64,000 nt of DNA. Source: the human T2T-CHM13v2.0 reference genome, Homo sapiens. The translations under genes and the position numbers were made by a program. The stretch is from the NCBI RefSeq assembly GCF_009914755.1, contig NC_060932.1. The stretch is one strand, 5' to 3'. The notes beneath the pieces are model-generated. The model had not been told where the DNA came from and ran no database searches. It worked only from the letters and a program-made list of their open reading frames with translations. Shown here piece by piece: positions 31,481 to 45,759 of this stretch (positions are counted from its first letter, which is position 1; every line of letters starts with the position of its first letter).

Positions 31481-33099
31481 GGTTTATTCATTGGTTTTTG
31501 CCTGAGCCTCACATTATGTAATTTTTCTACCTTATTATGTTGAATTATTAAGTGTTTTTCATATGTAGAGGGTATTCAAAGTTCAATATATTTTAAGGCA
31601 TTATTTACAACTTTGGTTTCCCAATTCCATTTTAATCAAGAGCTAAATAAATAGAGGCTAATGTCAAAACTCGGTGATTTAAATCTCTAAACACATTCAA
31701 GGAAAAAACTAAAGTATAAAATTCAAATCACGTTTTGACTAAGCTTATTTTCTTCATAAAGAAAATGTTCAGCTGTCTCAGAATAAATGTACATTTTAAT
31801 AAATAAAAGATATCATAATATAGGAATGTCTTTATATTACTTTAGCATACTTTAAACCAACACCAAAATAGGAGATGATATAACTTATGATTTATTGAGT
31901 TATAACTTCTTATTCTAATTCCAAAATATTTAATTTTATTGCCATATGCTTTCACAGAAAGCCTTATGTGATTTTGTTTTTTTAAACTGTTTCTCATTAA
32001 TATTAGACATAATAGGAACTTATTTATACTATTAGACATAGATAATAAATTACTGATTAGTAATTGAATAAATCAGCAATGACCAAAATCTGAAGTAAAT
32101 GTTGATAAAGCTTGGGAATATCTTTTTGTACTTCTGTGTGCATACGTATGTCTTTGATTTGGGACTTTTTGTAAAATTAAGCCACCTGAATACTATTCAG
32201 GATGAGTAAAGACATTTTCTATTTATCTACCTTATGCCTGCATTCCAGCCTTCAGTACAGACTATATTTACCATAGATTGCTTTATTTTAAGCTGTATAA
32301 TAAGATTTTCTTTAAAATGTGTTATTTCTGTTTCAATGGGATTTTCTGTATACTGTGTAAATAAAAGGAGCTGCATTATAAATGAAGCAAATACAATTAT
32401 GGTTGTCAAGACACTTGAGGATTTGATTAAGTTTTCAAATATTTTGCCATTTACATTGAGGAATGGGAAGTGTGGAAAAAAATCAACGATACTGTTCTTT
32501 TGATGCTTTGTTTTAGTGTATAATCACCTCTTAATAAAATGTGTTGTGTGACAGTTAGCAACAATTCTGCTGTTCGTGGCGTTAATGCCGAAGATCTGAT
32601 AAGAGGAGTTGCAGGAGTGTGAAAAATGAGTCAACTTTTCTAGATATTTTCTATAAATTGGATCCAATAAAGTACAATAAATATGTCTTCAACTGGTCTT
32701 ACAAAGCTTTTATCTGAGTTGGGTACAGGTAAAAAGAACAGTATCTCGTGAAATCTCTGATTGTTCCTTTTGTTTCAGGGTCTTAGTCAGCAGTCAGTAT
32801 TTAACTATGATACATGAAATGTTATTTCTTTTAGGTTAGAGGTAATGAGAAAAATCAAGAAATATTAGGAAACATGTTATATACAGTAGTAATTTATCAT
32901 TAATAATTTGTAAATATTATCAGAGTGAAAATTCAGAGACTGACAAGGGCATTTACCCAGCACACTTTCAAGTCAATCATTCACTGTGTAGGATTAGGAT
33001 CATGTGTTTTGAAACTCATGTATTTTGAGTTGAATCTCAGGCAACTATCAGACTGATCTAGATGTCATCTTACTCTTCTGTGAATTGGGAATTAATTAG

Positions 33100-33372
33100 A
33101 AATATTATATATATATACTATATTATATTACATAATTTTATACTATATATACTATATTACATATAATATATATTATGTATAATATATAATATACTATAGT
33201 ATATAATATGTATTATATACTATAGTATATTATATAATATATATTATATTACAATATACTATAGTATATATATTATATTATTTTATATACTATGTATAAT
33301 ATAGTATATTATATATAATAAATATAATATACACTATAGTATATATTATATACTATATATATTTATATATAT
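33100..33372. repeat. Complex (TA)-rich low-complexity repeat inside a MIR remnant
   Basis: ~270 bp almost entirely A/T; MIR-like flanks at ~32990-33100 and ~33373-33470. Confidence 0.9.
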
Positions 33373-33740
33373 CTACTTAATAGGCTTGTAAAGCTTGAGA
33401 TGATAAATAGATGATGATGATGATGAGAGAGATCAGAAAAGTCTGGATTATAATAATTGCTAAATAAATAGTAATTCTTCATTATTAGCATCATCATCAT
33501 CAATTGTCTACATAGTTGTCAAGAAGCTGAGCATCTTGGCTTGCCATATTTTTATTTTCTAAAATAATAAAGTGATTAATGATACATTAAAAGCTAATAT
33601 TAACTGCATATAGACTCCACTCTTTCAACACCTTCATTTTTTAATTACAGGTTACATATTACGGATGATTTAAGGTTCAGTTTTGCATTAAAGCACTTGT
33701 TGATGTGTATGCATATCCTACAAGGACATGTTGAATATAA

Positions 33741-34122
<382 letters not shown>

Positions 34123-34579
34123 TAAGAATTATTTCTTTTCATACTCCTGAATAATGAGTCCCCTTTTTTCTGCACCCTCACTGCCATGTCTAAGGTCTTG
34201 ATCTTAGCCTTTCTGGGAAAATTTGGGGGCTCATAAAGACATCTGCTCCACTCTTTGCCTTCCAGCCGTCTACCATCTACAATTCATACTCATTAAGGAT
34301 TCAATAGCTGTATTCAGTCAATATGTTTCTTCCTCTAAAATAATGGCATTTTAGTTTCTTATAGTTTTGTGAGGGTGAAGAAGCCCTAGATGTTTTCTCT
34401 TGCATTATTTTCTTCCCTTGCCTTGGCTTTCCGTTTTTATTCTCCTTCAAAAAAGTTTTCATTTTTCTCTAGATGGTCTCCTAATGTGTCTCCTTTCAGA
34501 CACATTTGTTAGAATGATCTTAACCTGTTCTCCCAGACAGCAGAGCTTAACAAAAAAGACCAATGGCTATTTGTTGAAT

Positions 34580-35963
<1,384 letters not shown>

Positions 35964-36069
35964 GGATGTTGTTTTATTAAGGAATACAATCAAAAAAGAG
36001 AGGATGAAGAACAGTGGAGTGAAGGAGAGAAGTGAGAAACCAATGAGATCAAATTCTATTTTGAGTATG

Positions 36070-36148
36070 ATATTTTGGTATCTCCTTAAATTTTTCATCC
36101 AAAGCAAGTGCTTCACACCTCACTCACCTCTCCCCAGTTACAGCCCTG
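36070..36148 (-). mobile_element. MER81-like hAT fragment
   Basis: CCTTAAATTTT...GCAAGTGCTTCAC...CTCACTCACCTC...CAGCCCTG. Confidence 0.4.
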
Positions 36149-36159
36149 ATTGAGGTGCA

Positions 36160-38470
36160 TTATCAGTCCAGCTGCCAGCAAGTGCAAGTGGTTGTCTGAT
36201 TCAGGAACTCTGTTCCCTGAGAAGTGTAGACTGAGTCTTGGAATCACCCATAAGTGGGGAGTAAAGGGTACCTGTGTGAAGATGGTCAAAAATCATAGAG
36301 CTATCATAAGAGGCAAGTGAATCTAAGGTGTGAAATGGTGACTAAGATATGTAAAATTAGCTCCTCACACAACTCAGCTACTTGAGTGTCCACCATTATA
36401 TCTAGCTCTCATAAAAAAGATAGGAAAAAAAATTGTGCTTACTTCTTCTCTGATAGAGATGAAGTAAATCAATTATTTTCAGAGAAGTTCCTTTAAGGTA
36501 GTAGCCAGCTGCACCCCCTGAAAAGTTAATGCAAGTGGGCTAGGAGATAGACTATTGCTCCCATGGCTGTAGCTGGTCCTGGGGCTGCAATTGATCTTTG
36601 CGATCTCCCCTTTCTACCACCCAGTCTAGATTCCCTTCACCCTTAGCAATTCTTTGACTGGTCTGAGTGGCTTGTCTCATGGAATGATGCAAATCTTCAT
36701 TTCAGAGTTGTCTAAATTATTACATTTTTCAGTGTTCTGGGGACGTGGTTACTACATTCTCAATTTTGCTTTCAAAACTAGAGGTAGAAGCATCAAGTAC
36801 TGTCGCTTTGAATCCCTTGAGTATTATTTGTCTCTGCCCCCATTGTTAAGCAGCAACCCTGACTCTTTATGGTAATCATGGAGGTTAGCCTCCTCTAGTA
36901 CTGCAACCGCTTTATTTGCTCATAGATCCGCTGGCATGAAAAGTACTGTATGAACCAGGGAAGGTTGTAGCTTCAAGTTTAATTGGACCCTTAATATGTT
37001 CTCTAGCAGAAGCATTTCTCTCCTGGGATACAGGATCTATAGCCCTACATAGCCAAAAGTTGCAGAGATGGGAAGCATGACTCTACAAGTGGGTCATTGA
37101 GTGGTGGTAAAAGGAGCCAGTCTTACTTCTATCTTTTGGTTTCAAGACACAAGTAGTCTAACTAAAGGGACGTAGGACTATATACTGGCCATTGATTCAG
37201 TGCATGTACTGCATTCTGGAAGTCAACACCTTGACCCCACAGAGTACTCATTTTAAGCTTATACTTTAACTGAGATTGTAGCAGGCAATTTCATCTGTCT
37301 CTTAGGCTGACTGCATGTGGGTGATTGGGTACCTGAATTCCATGTACATGTAATTATTGGTAAACTTCCTTTGCCGTAAATTATGTCTTTTCCAGTGAAG
37401 CAATGCTATGTGCAATATCACATTGATAGTTAAGGTATATCTTTGCAAAGTCATGCTACATGGTCTCTCCCACCCAGGAAAGAACTCTGGAAGAAGGGAT
37501 TACTTTCGATAAGGAGAAATCACAGCTCTCCAGGTTGTAAAAGTTCTGATGTAACTTACCTGCCAGTAAATGGCCAGATGGTATTCTCAAGTAATGCTGT
37601 CATAGAGAGGGCTCAATGTAAGTTTTTGCTGCTAATAGGTTGTACATTCAGTAGTGACAAATAGATAAATCTTGTAGAGAAGGAGTCTGTGTTACTAAGT
37701 GTACTTATGAAATTTCTGTCTGCTCTCATGGCTACTCTATTCATGGTTTCATTATAGCAGTCCTGAGATAATCAAGAAGAAATGCTGGCTGCCATTCATA
37801 GGAAGAGTCTTCCTATTTCCTGGTGGTTTGGAGCTCTGACTTTGGGAGAAATTCTCCAATGGATATTAATATGTGACGCAAAGATTAAAATGTTTTGCAT
37901 CAGTTCCCATAGGTCCAACCACAAAGGCCATCTCGAGGTGCCCATCCTTGTTTTTTCAATCTTATTCCTTTGAAACCCATGTTCAATTAATCAAGCCATT
38001 TCCCACCACCCAATAATTTATGCATATCTATAGTGAAGGACACTTCTATATAAACTAGGTGACCAAATTTACAGCCCACAACCATGTCACCTGAGAGCAT
38101 TTCCCTTTCCTACTATGTTTTAGGAGGGGAGCTGTCATGTGTCAGCAGTCAACTTTTAGCTAGCACCAACATATCATCAATGAGCCAGGCCAGAGTTCTC
38201 TTTTCCCTATCATTTTGTTGTAGGAAATCTCTTATGAGTCACGTGTGTGAGAAGAGGGTAAATAAAGTAGGCATTATGAAATTTACCTGTTCATGTAATT
38301 TACTCATGCTTTCTGGACCTACTCAGGCCCAGATCTAAATATATAATTTCACCAAACAATGGACTACTGCTATTCTCACTTAAACTCATGCCTCAGCAGA
38401 TCTGATTGTACTCAACTTAAAGGGTGATTCCAATTACATAGTCAATTAGTATTCCACAGCCAAGCATTCA
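36160..38470 (-). mobile_element. ERVL-class internal sequence (decayed pol/integrase region), possibly with LTR remnant at left
   Basis: Minus strand near 37175-37225 reads FQNAVHALNQWPVYSP, similar to the ERVL integrase LQKAVYALNQRPIYG; many stops. Confidence 0.7.
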
Positions 38471-39069
38471 TTTTTTAAAATGTAATTGGTATTTCCGTGT
38501 TACACATTTTTAAGTATCAGAATAATGAGTCCTAGGGTTCACCAAGATTCTTTTTGGTGAAAATTTTGTATTCCTTTCTGGAGCCATGGCTGTAAGCATA
38601 TCAACAAAACATAAGATACAGAAGTAACAGAAAATATGGAGTTTATGTAGCCTTTTAAAAATAAGTGTGGCTAGTTTTACAAGTTTAGGCTTTGTGACAT
38701 TGTGTGAAACTACTCAAATAGCCATCTAAATAAAAGGATGTGTTTTGGATTAAGTTTGAAGATTTATATTAAGATTAACCAAATTTCAAGAAGAAATAAA
38801 TAATCTGTATATTATAAAAATAGAATGAAAATAAGAATTAGATCATTTTCAGATAAATTTACACAAATCATAAATTAGTTTAAAAATTTTCAGAAAATTT
38901 AATTGTAGTATGATTCTTAACAAAATTTTGCTAAAATATGGTTTTGGGTAATAACCACTTTTTATAGAACAGAGCCCAGAGATTAAACAGCTATACTACA
39001 CAGAAATGGCATAAACACCAAAAGGAAAACTTTAAAAAATTTACTTCATGAGATGACTATATCGGGTCT

Positions 39070-39665
39070 TAAACATGGCAGATAATCCACTCATCATTCT
39101 TAGGCATGCAGCCTACCACACAACTTTGAAAAAGAAACACCGCACAAGGTTGAGGATTATAAACCAGAGCAGCCAGGTGCCCAGAAGGTCAGTCCTTACC
39201 ATGAGGTGGATATTTCTTCTGTCCTTCTTAGTTCCTCCCAGCTACTTGGCCCTAAGCAGAAAGCATCAGCTCTCCTGTGCCTGTTGGTACTAACCTCTGG
39301 CTATAGCCCAGCCAGGCAGGTGTTGCAGATAGAAGAGTATTGCTGCAGGATCGACTGTCCCAGAATCTTTGTCCCTACTTCAGTGGGGTAGTGAGCAAAA
39401 TGTCTTTCAAGAAGTCTGTGCCAACTTTTACTCCTATTGACAGTTCCTGAGAACACCTGTCTTAACTGTTTCCTCCCTGACACAGCTTGCCTTAATTCAA
39501 GTCTAAGTGTGTATGTACTTTGGCAGTGCAGGAGAGGATCTAATCCCCACAGCTTTGCTTTTTGAGGAAGTAACCTATTTGGGGAATACATACACCATCT
39601 CCCTGGGGTGGAACTCATTTTTCTGTATTAGCTGAAAATGCTGCGGGAGGAGGATTTGGCTGCAA
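39070..39665 (-). mobile_element. Probable further ERVL internal (5'/gag-side) fragment
   Basis: Composition and position relative to the pol remnant; no intact ORF. Confidence 0.4.
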
Positions 39666-39671
39666 TTGGAG

Positions 39672-39706
<35 letters not shown>

Positions 39707-39722
39707 GTATACATATATATAT
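39672..39722. repeat. (CT)n(TA)n compound microsatellite
   Basis: Directly visible. Confidence 0.9.
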
Positions 39723-39799
39723 GTACCTTTCTATGGCTGTGAATGTACTCCCCACAGGAAACCAGGCTGTAGCTCCTCCCCATTTAGAAGCAAATGTGT

Positions 39800-40028
39800 A
39801 TTAAATGCTTGTAGCATGCTTTATATTGATACAATATATTTTTGTATATCATGAGGTTTTATAAGAACCTCATAATGTAGGTCCTGTTGTCCCATTTTTT
39901 ATATATTGGGGAAAATTGAGTAATAGATGAAACAATGTGGAGCTATGATGTCATATAGTCAGTATGTGGTGGGAAGCTGGGATTCAAACTCAAGCCTCCA
40001 GGGCTCTGACTCCTCATCACTGCACACA
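39800..40028 (-). mobile_element. MIR SINE
   Basis: CCCATTTTTT...GGGGAAAATTGAG...GTCATATAGTCAGTATGTGG...GCTGGGATTCAAACTCAAG. Confidence 0.7.
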
Positions 40029-40604
40029 GTGGCTCAGAGAACCATCGCGGTGAACAGGAATCTGCATTAACAGCTGCTATTACAGCAGGTTTTTAGGAAT
40101 ATTGCTAGTTGCCTACTCAAGAGTATGATAATATTCTCATTCAAGTCTCATGCAGAAAATAAACTAAAATATGTCAAGTTATTTTGTTTGGGGTAAAATA
40201 ACTTTTTTATTTTATGACAATTAGTAAAGTTAGGTATTCTGTTTACTTTGAATGTTGAGTGAAATACATTCTTAAATATTTAAGGAAATAAAAGATGATC
40301 TTAAAAGGCCTATTATGGTGAGAATTATTTCTTAATTTGATGCTGCCTTTCCTAGAAAAACAATGTGGTTTGAATAAACAACATTTTAATTCATTTTTAA
40401 GATTAGGAATCTTTCTCTTGTTATGGCAATAAAATGCTCTAACAGAATTGGAATGTGAAAAATTTTGAATGCTATGCCATGTAAATAGTCTCTAATAACT
40501 TTGAGAAGAGTTAATAAAAAATTATCAGCTTTTCAGTTTTGATTAACATATCAGTGAAGTCTTATCTTTTTAACTTGGTTTTAAGTATTCTACACTGGTG
40601 ATGT

Positions 40605-40801
40605 AGAAGATCGCAAATGGCAGATAAATAGCACTTGTCCCATCATCTCCATCTGGCACTCATATGAGACATTACTAATCAATCATATGCTCTTTCCCAT
40701 TGAAACTGAATGTTATGTCAGAAATTTTTCAAGACAGGGCTTTCACTAGCCACTCTTAGTTGACTGGAGTTAGTATAGGTGTTTACTGTATTCCATCTCT
40801 G
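40605..40801 (-). mobile_element. MER102-like hAT-Charlie element
   Basis: AGACATTACTAATCAATCA...CTCTTTCCCATTGA...AGCCACT...GGAGTTAG...CCATCTCTG. Confidence 0.5.
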
Positions 40802-40949
40802 ACTTATTTTCCATCTCTGACTTAAACAATCCACTATTATCTCTACCATAGCTAAAAAGGAAATATTTGTTGGTTACTTACTATGTTTTATATTCTGTGC
40901 TAAACAATGGAAATAGAATAATTTAAAAATTAAGATAGTTTTTAAATTC

Positions 40950-41345
40950 GTGGTAGGCTGTCATAAGAAACAATCCCTTAACTCAATGACTTCACCAAAT
41001 AAGTTTGTCACTTATGCAAAGTGCATTGCAGATATCACTGGTTGGGTGACTCCATGAGGCAACTGTCCTCCAAGGAGAGATCCAAGAACTCTGGTTCCTT
41101 CTAACAGTGGTTTTTCCATTTTCAAGGTAGCTGGGAAAAACCATAGCACATTTAACCACAATGTCGGCCTGGAAGTGACACAAATCACTTTTGTTTATAT
41201 CCACTGGCCAGAAAAAGTCACACCACCTCAACTAAATGCAAAGAAACTAGGAAATGTAGCCACTGACTGGACTTCCTTTTCCTAAATGAAACTGTGGAAG
41301 GAAGGATAGCCTGAATATTTTAATAGGCAACTAGTCATCTCTGAA
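40950..41345. mobile_element. MLT1-type MaLR LTR
   Basis: GGCCTGGAAGTGACACAAATCACTTTTG...CCACTGGCCAGAA...AACTAGGAAATGTAG. Confidence 0.7.
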
Positions 41346-42149
41346 AGAAATAGTCATAGTCCCTTACTCATCAGATTTACCACCTAATAAACTCTTTATT
41401 TCCAAACCGTGCCGTTTCTCAAGTTCTTCATCTCCAGCAGCATGTGCCCTATAAAATCTGTGGTCATCTCTATGTATATATAACATTCATATTATATATA
41501 TATATATTATTTATACATATATTCATCTATTCACACCAACATATACATACACACACACTGCCTAAATTTGAAACTGTCCATCATTCTCAAATTAACACAA
41601 ATTTATGAACTTCTCTTTTCTGTTATTGGCATTCTTATTTTTTTACAGCTTTACTAATATAGAGCTATTTTTGGCTTCTTCGCAAGCTTTTAACCAGGTC
41701 TATCCAATCTTTAAATAAAAATTAAGATTATTTTTCAGCTGTGATTTTTAAATACTTTTTCTCAATTCTCCTGAATCTACTTCAATCTGAAATTATCATG
41801 GCCCCTTCTCTAAAGGGGATTTCTCATTTCCAACTAATACCTTTTTTATTACTGGCACATTTAGCTCCCCATGACTAATTCTAACATATCTTATACTAAA
41901 AACATTCTTTATTTATTTAATGAATGCCAACATTTTATCTTGTAAAGACATGCAGCAGCATGATGCATTTCATGTATTTTTACTTAGCTGAACACTGGCT
42001 TTGTGGGAGTAGTTCTCCAGCTGTTTGTGGTCTGTTTTTTTGTATGAACACATCACTCTTTATTTCCTCTGTGTGAATTTTGAAGGCTGAAGCAAAAGAT
42101 TCTTCACCCAAAAATCACATTCTTTATCAACACCTCCCAGGCTCTTCAC

Positions 42150-43368
42150 AATTAATGCTGGAATAACTGGATATCCACATACAGAAGAATGAAATCGGAC
42201 CATTATCTTACACCATATACAAAAATGAACTCAATTTGAATGAAAGACTTGAAGATAAGACCTGAAACTGTAAAACCACTAGAAGAAAATTTAGAGGAAA
42301 GCTCCATAACATTAGTCTAGGCAAAAATTTCTTGGATATGACACCAAAATCACAGGCAACAAAAGCAAATATAGACAAATGGGACTACATTAAACAAAAG
42401 AAAACATTTAACAGAGTAAAAAGGAAACCTACACAATGGAGGAAAATATATGTAAACCATACATCTAAAAATCAGTTAATATAAAAAATCTACAAGGAAC
42501 TCATACAACTCAATAGCAAAAAAACAAATAACCCACTTAAAAAGTGTGTGAAGGGCTTGAATAGACATTTTTCCAAAGAAGACTTACAAATGGCTGTCAG
42601 GGACACGAAAAAATGCTCAACATCAGTAATCATCAGGGAAATGCAAACCAAAACTAAAACAAAAAATATTATCTCACACCTGTTCAGATGGCTGTTATCA
42701 AAAATCCCAAAAACATAACAAGTATTTAAAAGACAATTTAGAACTCTTGTACACTATTGATGGGAGTATAAAGTAATGTAGCCACTAGTAAAACAGTATG
42801 CAGTGTCCTTAGAAAATTAAATATAGAAATATGGTATGATCCAGCAATACCACTTCTGTGTACTTATCCAAAAGAACTGAAATTGGAATCTTGAAGACAT
42901 ATTTGCACTCTATTAGTTGCATTTACAATAGTCAAAATATGGAAACAATCTAAATGTCCACTGACAGATGAATAGATACAGAAACTATGATGTGTACATA
43001 CAATGAATTATTATTCAACCTTAAAAAAGAAGCAAATCCTGCCATATCTGACAACATGGATCAACCTTGAGGACATTATGTTAAGGGAAATAAGCCAGAT
43101 AAAGAAGGACAAATACTCCATGATTCCACTTATATGAGGTTATATCAAAGTCATAAAAACAGAGAGTAGAATAATGATTTCCAGGGTCTGAATGGGAGGA
43201 GAAATGGGGAGTTGCTATTCAACAGGTATAAAGTTTCAGTTAGGCAAGATTAACTTTTAGAGATCTATTGTTCAACATTGTGTCTATAGTTAACAATATG
43301 CACCATACACTTAAAAATTTGTTGAGGGTATGTCTCATATTATGTACTCTTATCACAATTTTAAAACA
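42150..43368 (+). mobile_element. L1MA9/L1MB-like 3' portion
   Basis: Sense ORF2 end (AGACATTTTTCCAAAGAAGAC; GATCCAGCAATACCACTTCTG) and 3' UTR (AAGTTTCAGTTAGGCAAGAT...AGAGATCTATTGTTCAACATTGTG). Confidence 0.9.
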
Positions 43369-43394
43369 AGGAAAAGCCTCCCAGGGAGGGAAAA

Positions 43395-43558
43395 TTATTC
43401 AATACTTTCATTGTCTAATATGATAAATGTGAGCCACATGCATTGGAGTAAACAAGATACATTATTAAAATTAATTTTATGTCTTTTTCAATGTACCTGC
43501 TACAAAACTCAAAGTTACATGATATTTACATTATATATCTGTTGCACAACACCACACT
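43395..43558. mobile_element. MER3/MER33-like hAT-Charlie remnant
   Basis: TTGTCTAATATGATA...AGCCACATG...TTACATTATATATCTGTTGCACAACAC. Confidence 0.45.
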
Positions 43559-45434
43559 GGAGGAGATCTTTTGCAAGTATGAATAAATACACTTAATCTT
43601 ATAGACTTTGGGTTAAATAAGGGTCTTGTGGAATTAAATTTGCTGTTATTTGACTTGTAGTCAGCTAAAGGAATGTATTCTATTTTCTCTATTTTTAGTT
43701 GTAGTTCCTGATGGGTTTAATAATGAAAACAAACTTGTATATATGCTGAGAGAGTAGTTAATTTGGCTAGAAAAATTATTTTTTAAAGAATGATAAATTG
43801 ATGCAGTGGTTATCTTAGAATGAATGCTTTCTTCAAAATACAAGCGTTGACATTCAATGTGACCTTTAGTGTCTTGCATGCTTTGTTTAGTAGCTTGTTT
43901 TGCTCTAGTATCCTCTGCACGTTCCATGTCTGTCTTACTTGTATGATGTTATCTTAAAATCTGTTATCCTTTACAGTTAAATAAACTATGGAGTCCAATA
44001 TTTTAATTTTATCAGATGTTAGGATATTTCTTCAGAATAGAACATACATTTAACATCCTGTCTACTTTAATGGATTTGATTGATTGAATGGTTGTATTCA
44101 AAAGTTTTTCACACTCTTCAAAAATTTATTTATATTATAATGAGCAATTATCAAGTGCATTTTGGTGAGACTGGAAATGTCAAGTCAATAGCGGTTCAAG
44201 TCTTTGGGAGTCTATATTAAAAATCTTGGCATTGAGAAAGGATAATGAGAACAGGGAAATCTACCATTGGTGACAACAGTGACTTAATTACCTTAGTTTT
44301 CAATTTCATAAGGATAAGAGGAATGCATGAAAAATTTGACAATGGGTATTTTAAAGAAGTCTTTCTTTCCTGATGTGAGCCTTACCAGAAAATCACTCCA
44401 CTAATCATTAAAGTAAGGTGTAATTTTTTAAAAGCTAGTTACTTCAGAATATGAATATAGAATAAGAATCTGCTTCTTCAAAGGCCAAACAGCATCATCT
44501 TAAACTACTGGAGTATTTATGAAAACTCAATAGTGGCTTGTAACTATTTCTATGGTGGTGGACACATTTAACTTTAAAGTAGCCATTTGCCTGTGGGGAT
44601 GTTACCCTTTGAAAACATTTTCCTTGCAGTGCAGAATTTCTGATTAGCCATTTAACCTTGGAAGACCATGTATCTGCAGTGCTTTCCCAAACTTGCTCCA
44701 TTTTCCTCTTGATTCCTTGTGTATAATTGGGTGGAGCCTATTTCATTAATTAAGAGTTTTAGTAAAAAAAAGGCTGAAGTGAATATATAGTGGAGACATT
44801 GCATAGGAGCAATGCTGAAGTTTCTGACTTTAGTTTTCCTTTTTTTTCCCCCAGTTCGTTTGTTGAGTTGTTTTATTCTTTATTAGATTTATCCATGTCA
44901 AGTTGTTATCTCAGAAGCGCCTGGCTAGCAGGAAGAAATTATGTGCTACCCACATCAGCTAGCTTGGCCACTATGTGGATAAGGTGGAAACATGGGTAAT
45001 ATCACACTGGATCCTTGGTAAGCACCTGTAGATCACAGGACACTCCCATGCTGGGGACTGTTGTATAAGGTGATACCCATAGAGCAGCACCTTCATGTTT
45101 GAGCTAGTGGCAGTGTTACTGTCAATCAAAGCCTGTCAGAGGGAGTTCAAGATGGCCAATGGGCCCATTTCTCAATCCAGAGAAAGCTACAAATACAGGC
45201 TTTTGATATTGTCTGTAAAAGAGATTACTTTCTTGTCAAAATTACTAACAGGTTAACTGTAAATTTAAATATATCACAATTTTTGGAAACCTGTTTTATT
45301 ATGGCATTGAAACAAAATATTACAAGAGACTCAAAAACTGGAAGTATTCTGGACTTCTCCATGTGTTTATGAGGCCTTGCTATTCACCAGTGAAAGAGTA
45401 GCTGAGATCCTCTGCTGAGCAAAAGCTTCTGAGG

Positions 45435-45612
45435 CTATGATGTGGACTCAGATCCTGGGTCCCCTACTGTCTGACTGTGGTCATCTGTCAGGTTCAGTTT
45501 CCTCACATGAAGTGTAGTTAATTACACTTTAAAAAATGTTCTGAAAGAAAATTGAGATAATGTGTATTAGCTTACTGGGAAGTATTAGGTACAAAATAAC
45601 CATAAGCTAATA
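45435..45612 (+). mobile_element. MIR SINE
   Basis: TTCAGTTTCCTCACATGAAGTG...ATTGAGATAATGTGTA. Confidence 0.55.
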
Positions 45613-45759
45613 ATATCACTAACAGACATGATTTATTAGTAAATCTTCTACTCATAGAGCATGTCTCTGTGTACAAAGCTTGCTACCTTAGGTTCTTCCT
45701 ACAAGTGTCATGTTTTCTGTGGCATTTTCAAGAATAAATTATATTTTTATAATTCTTAA

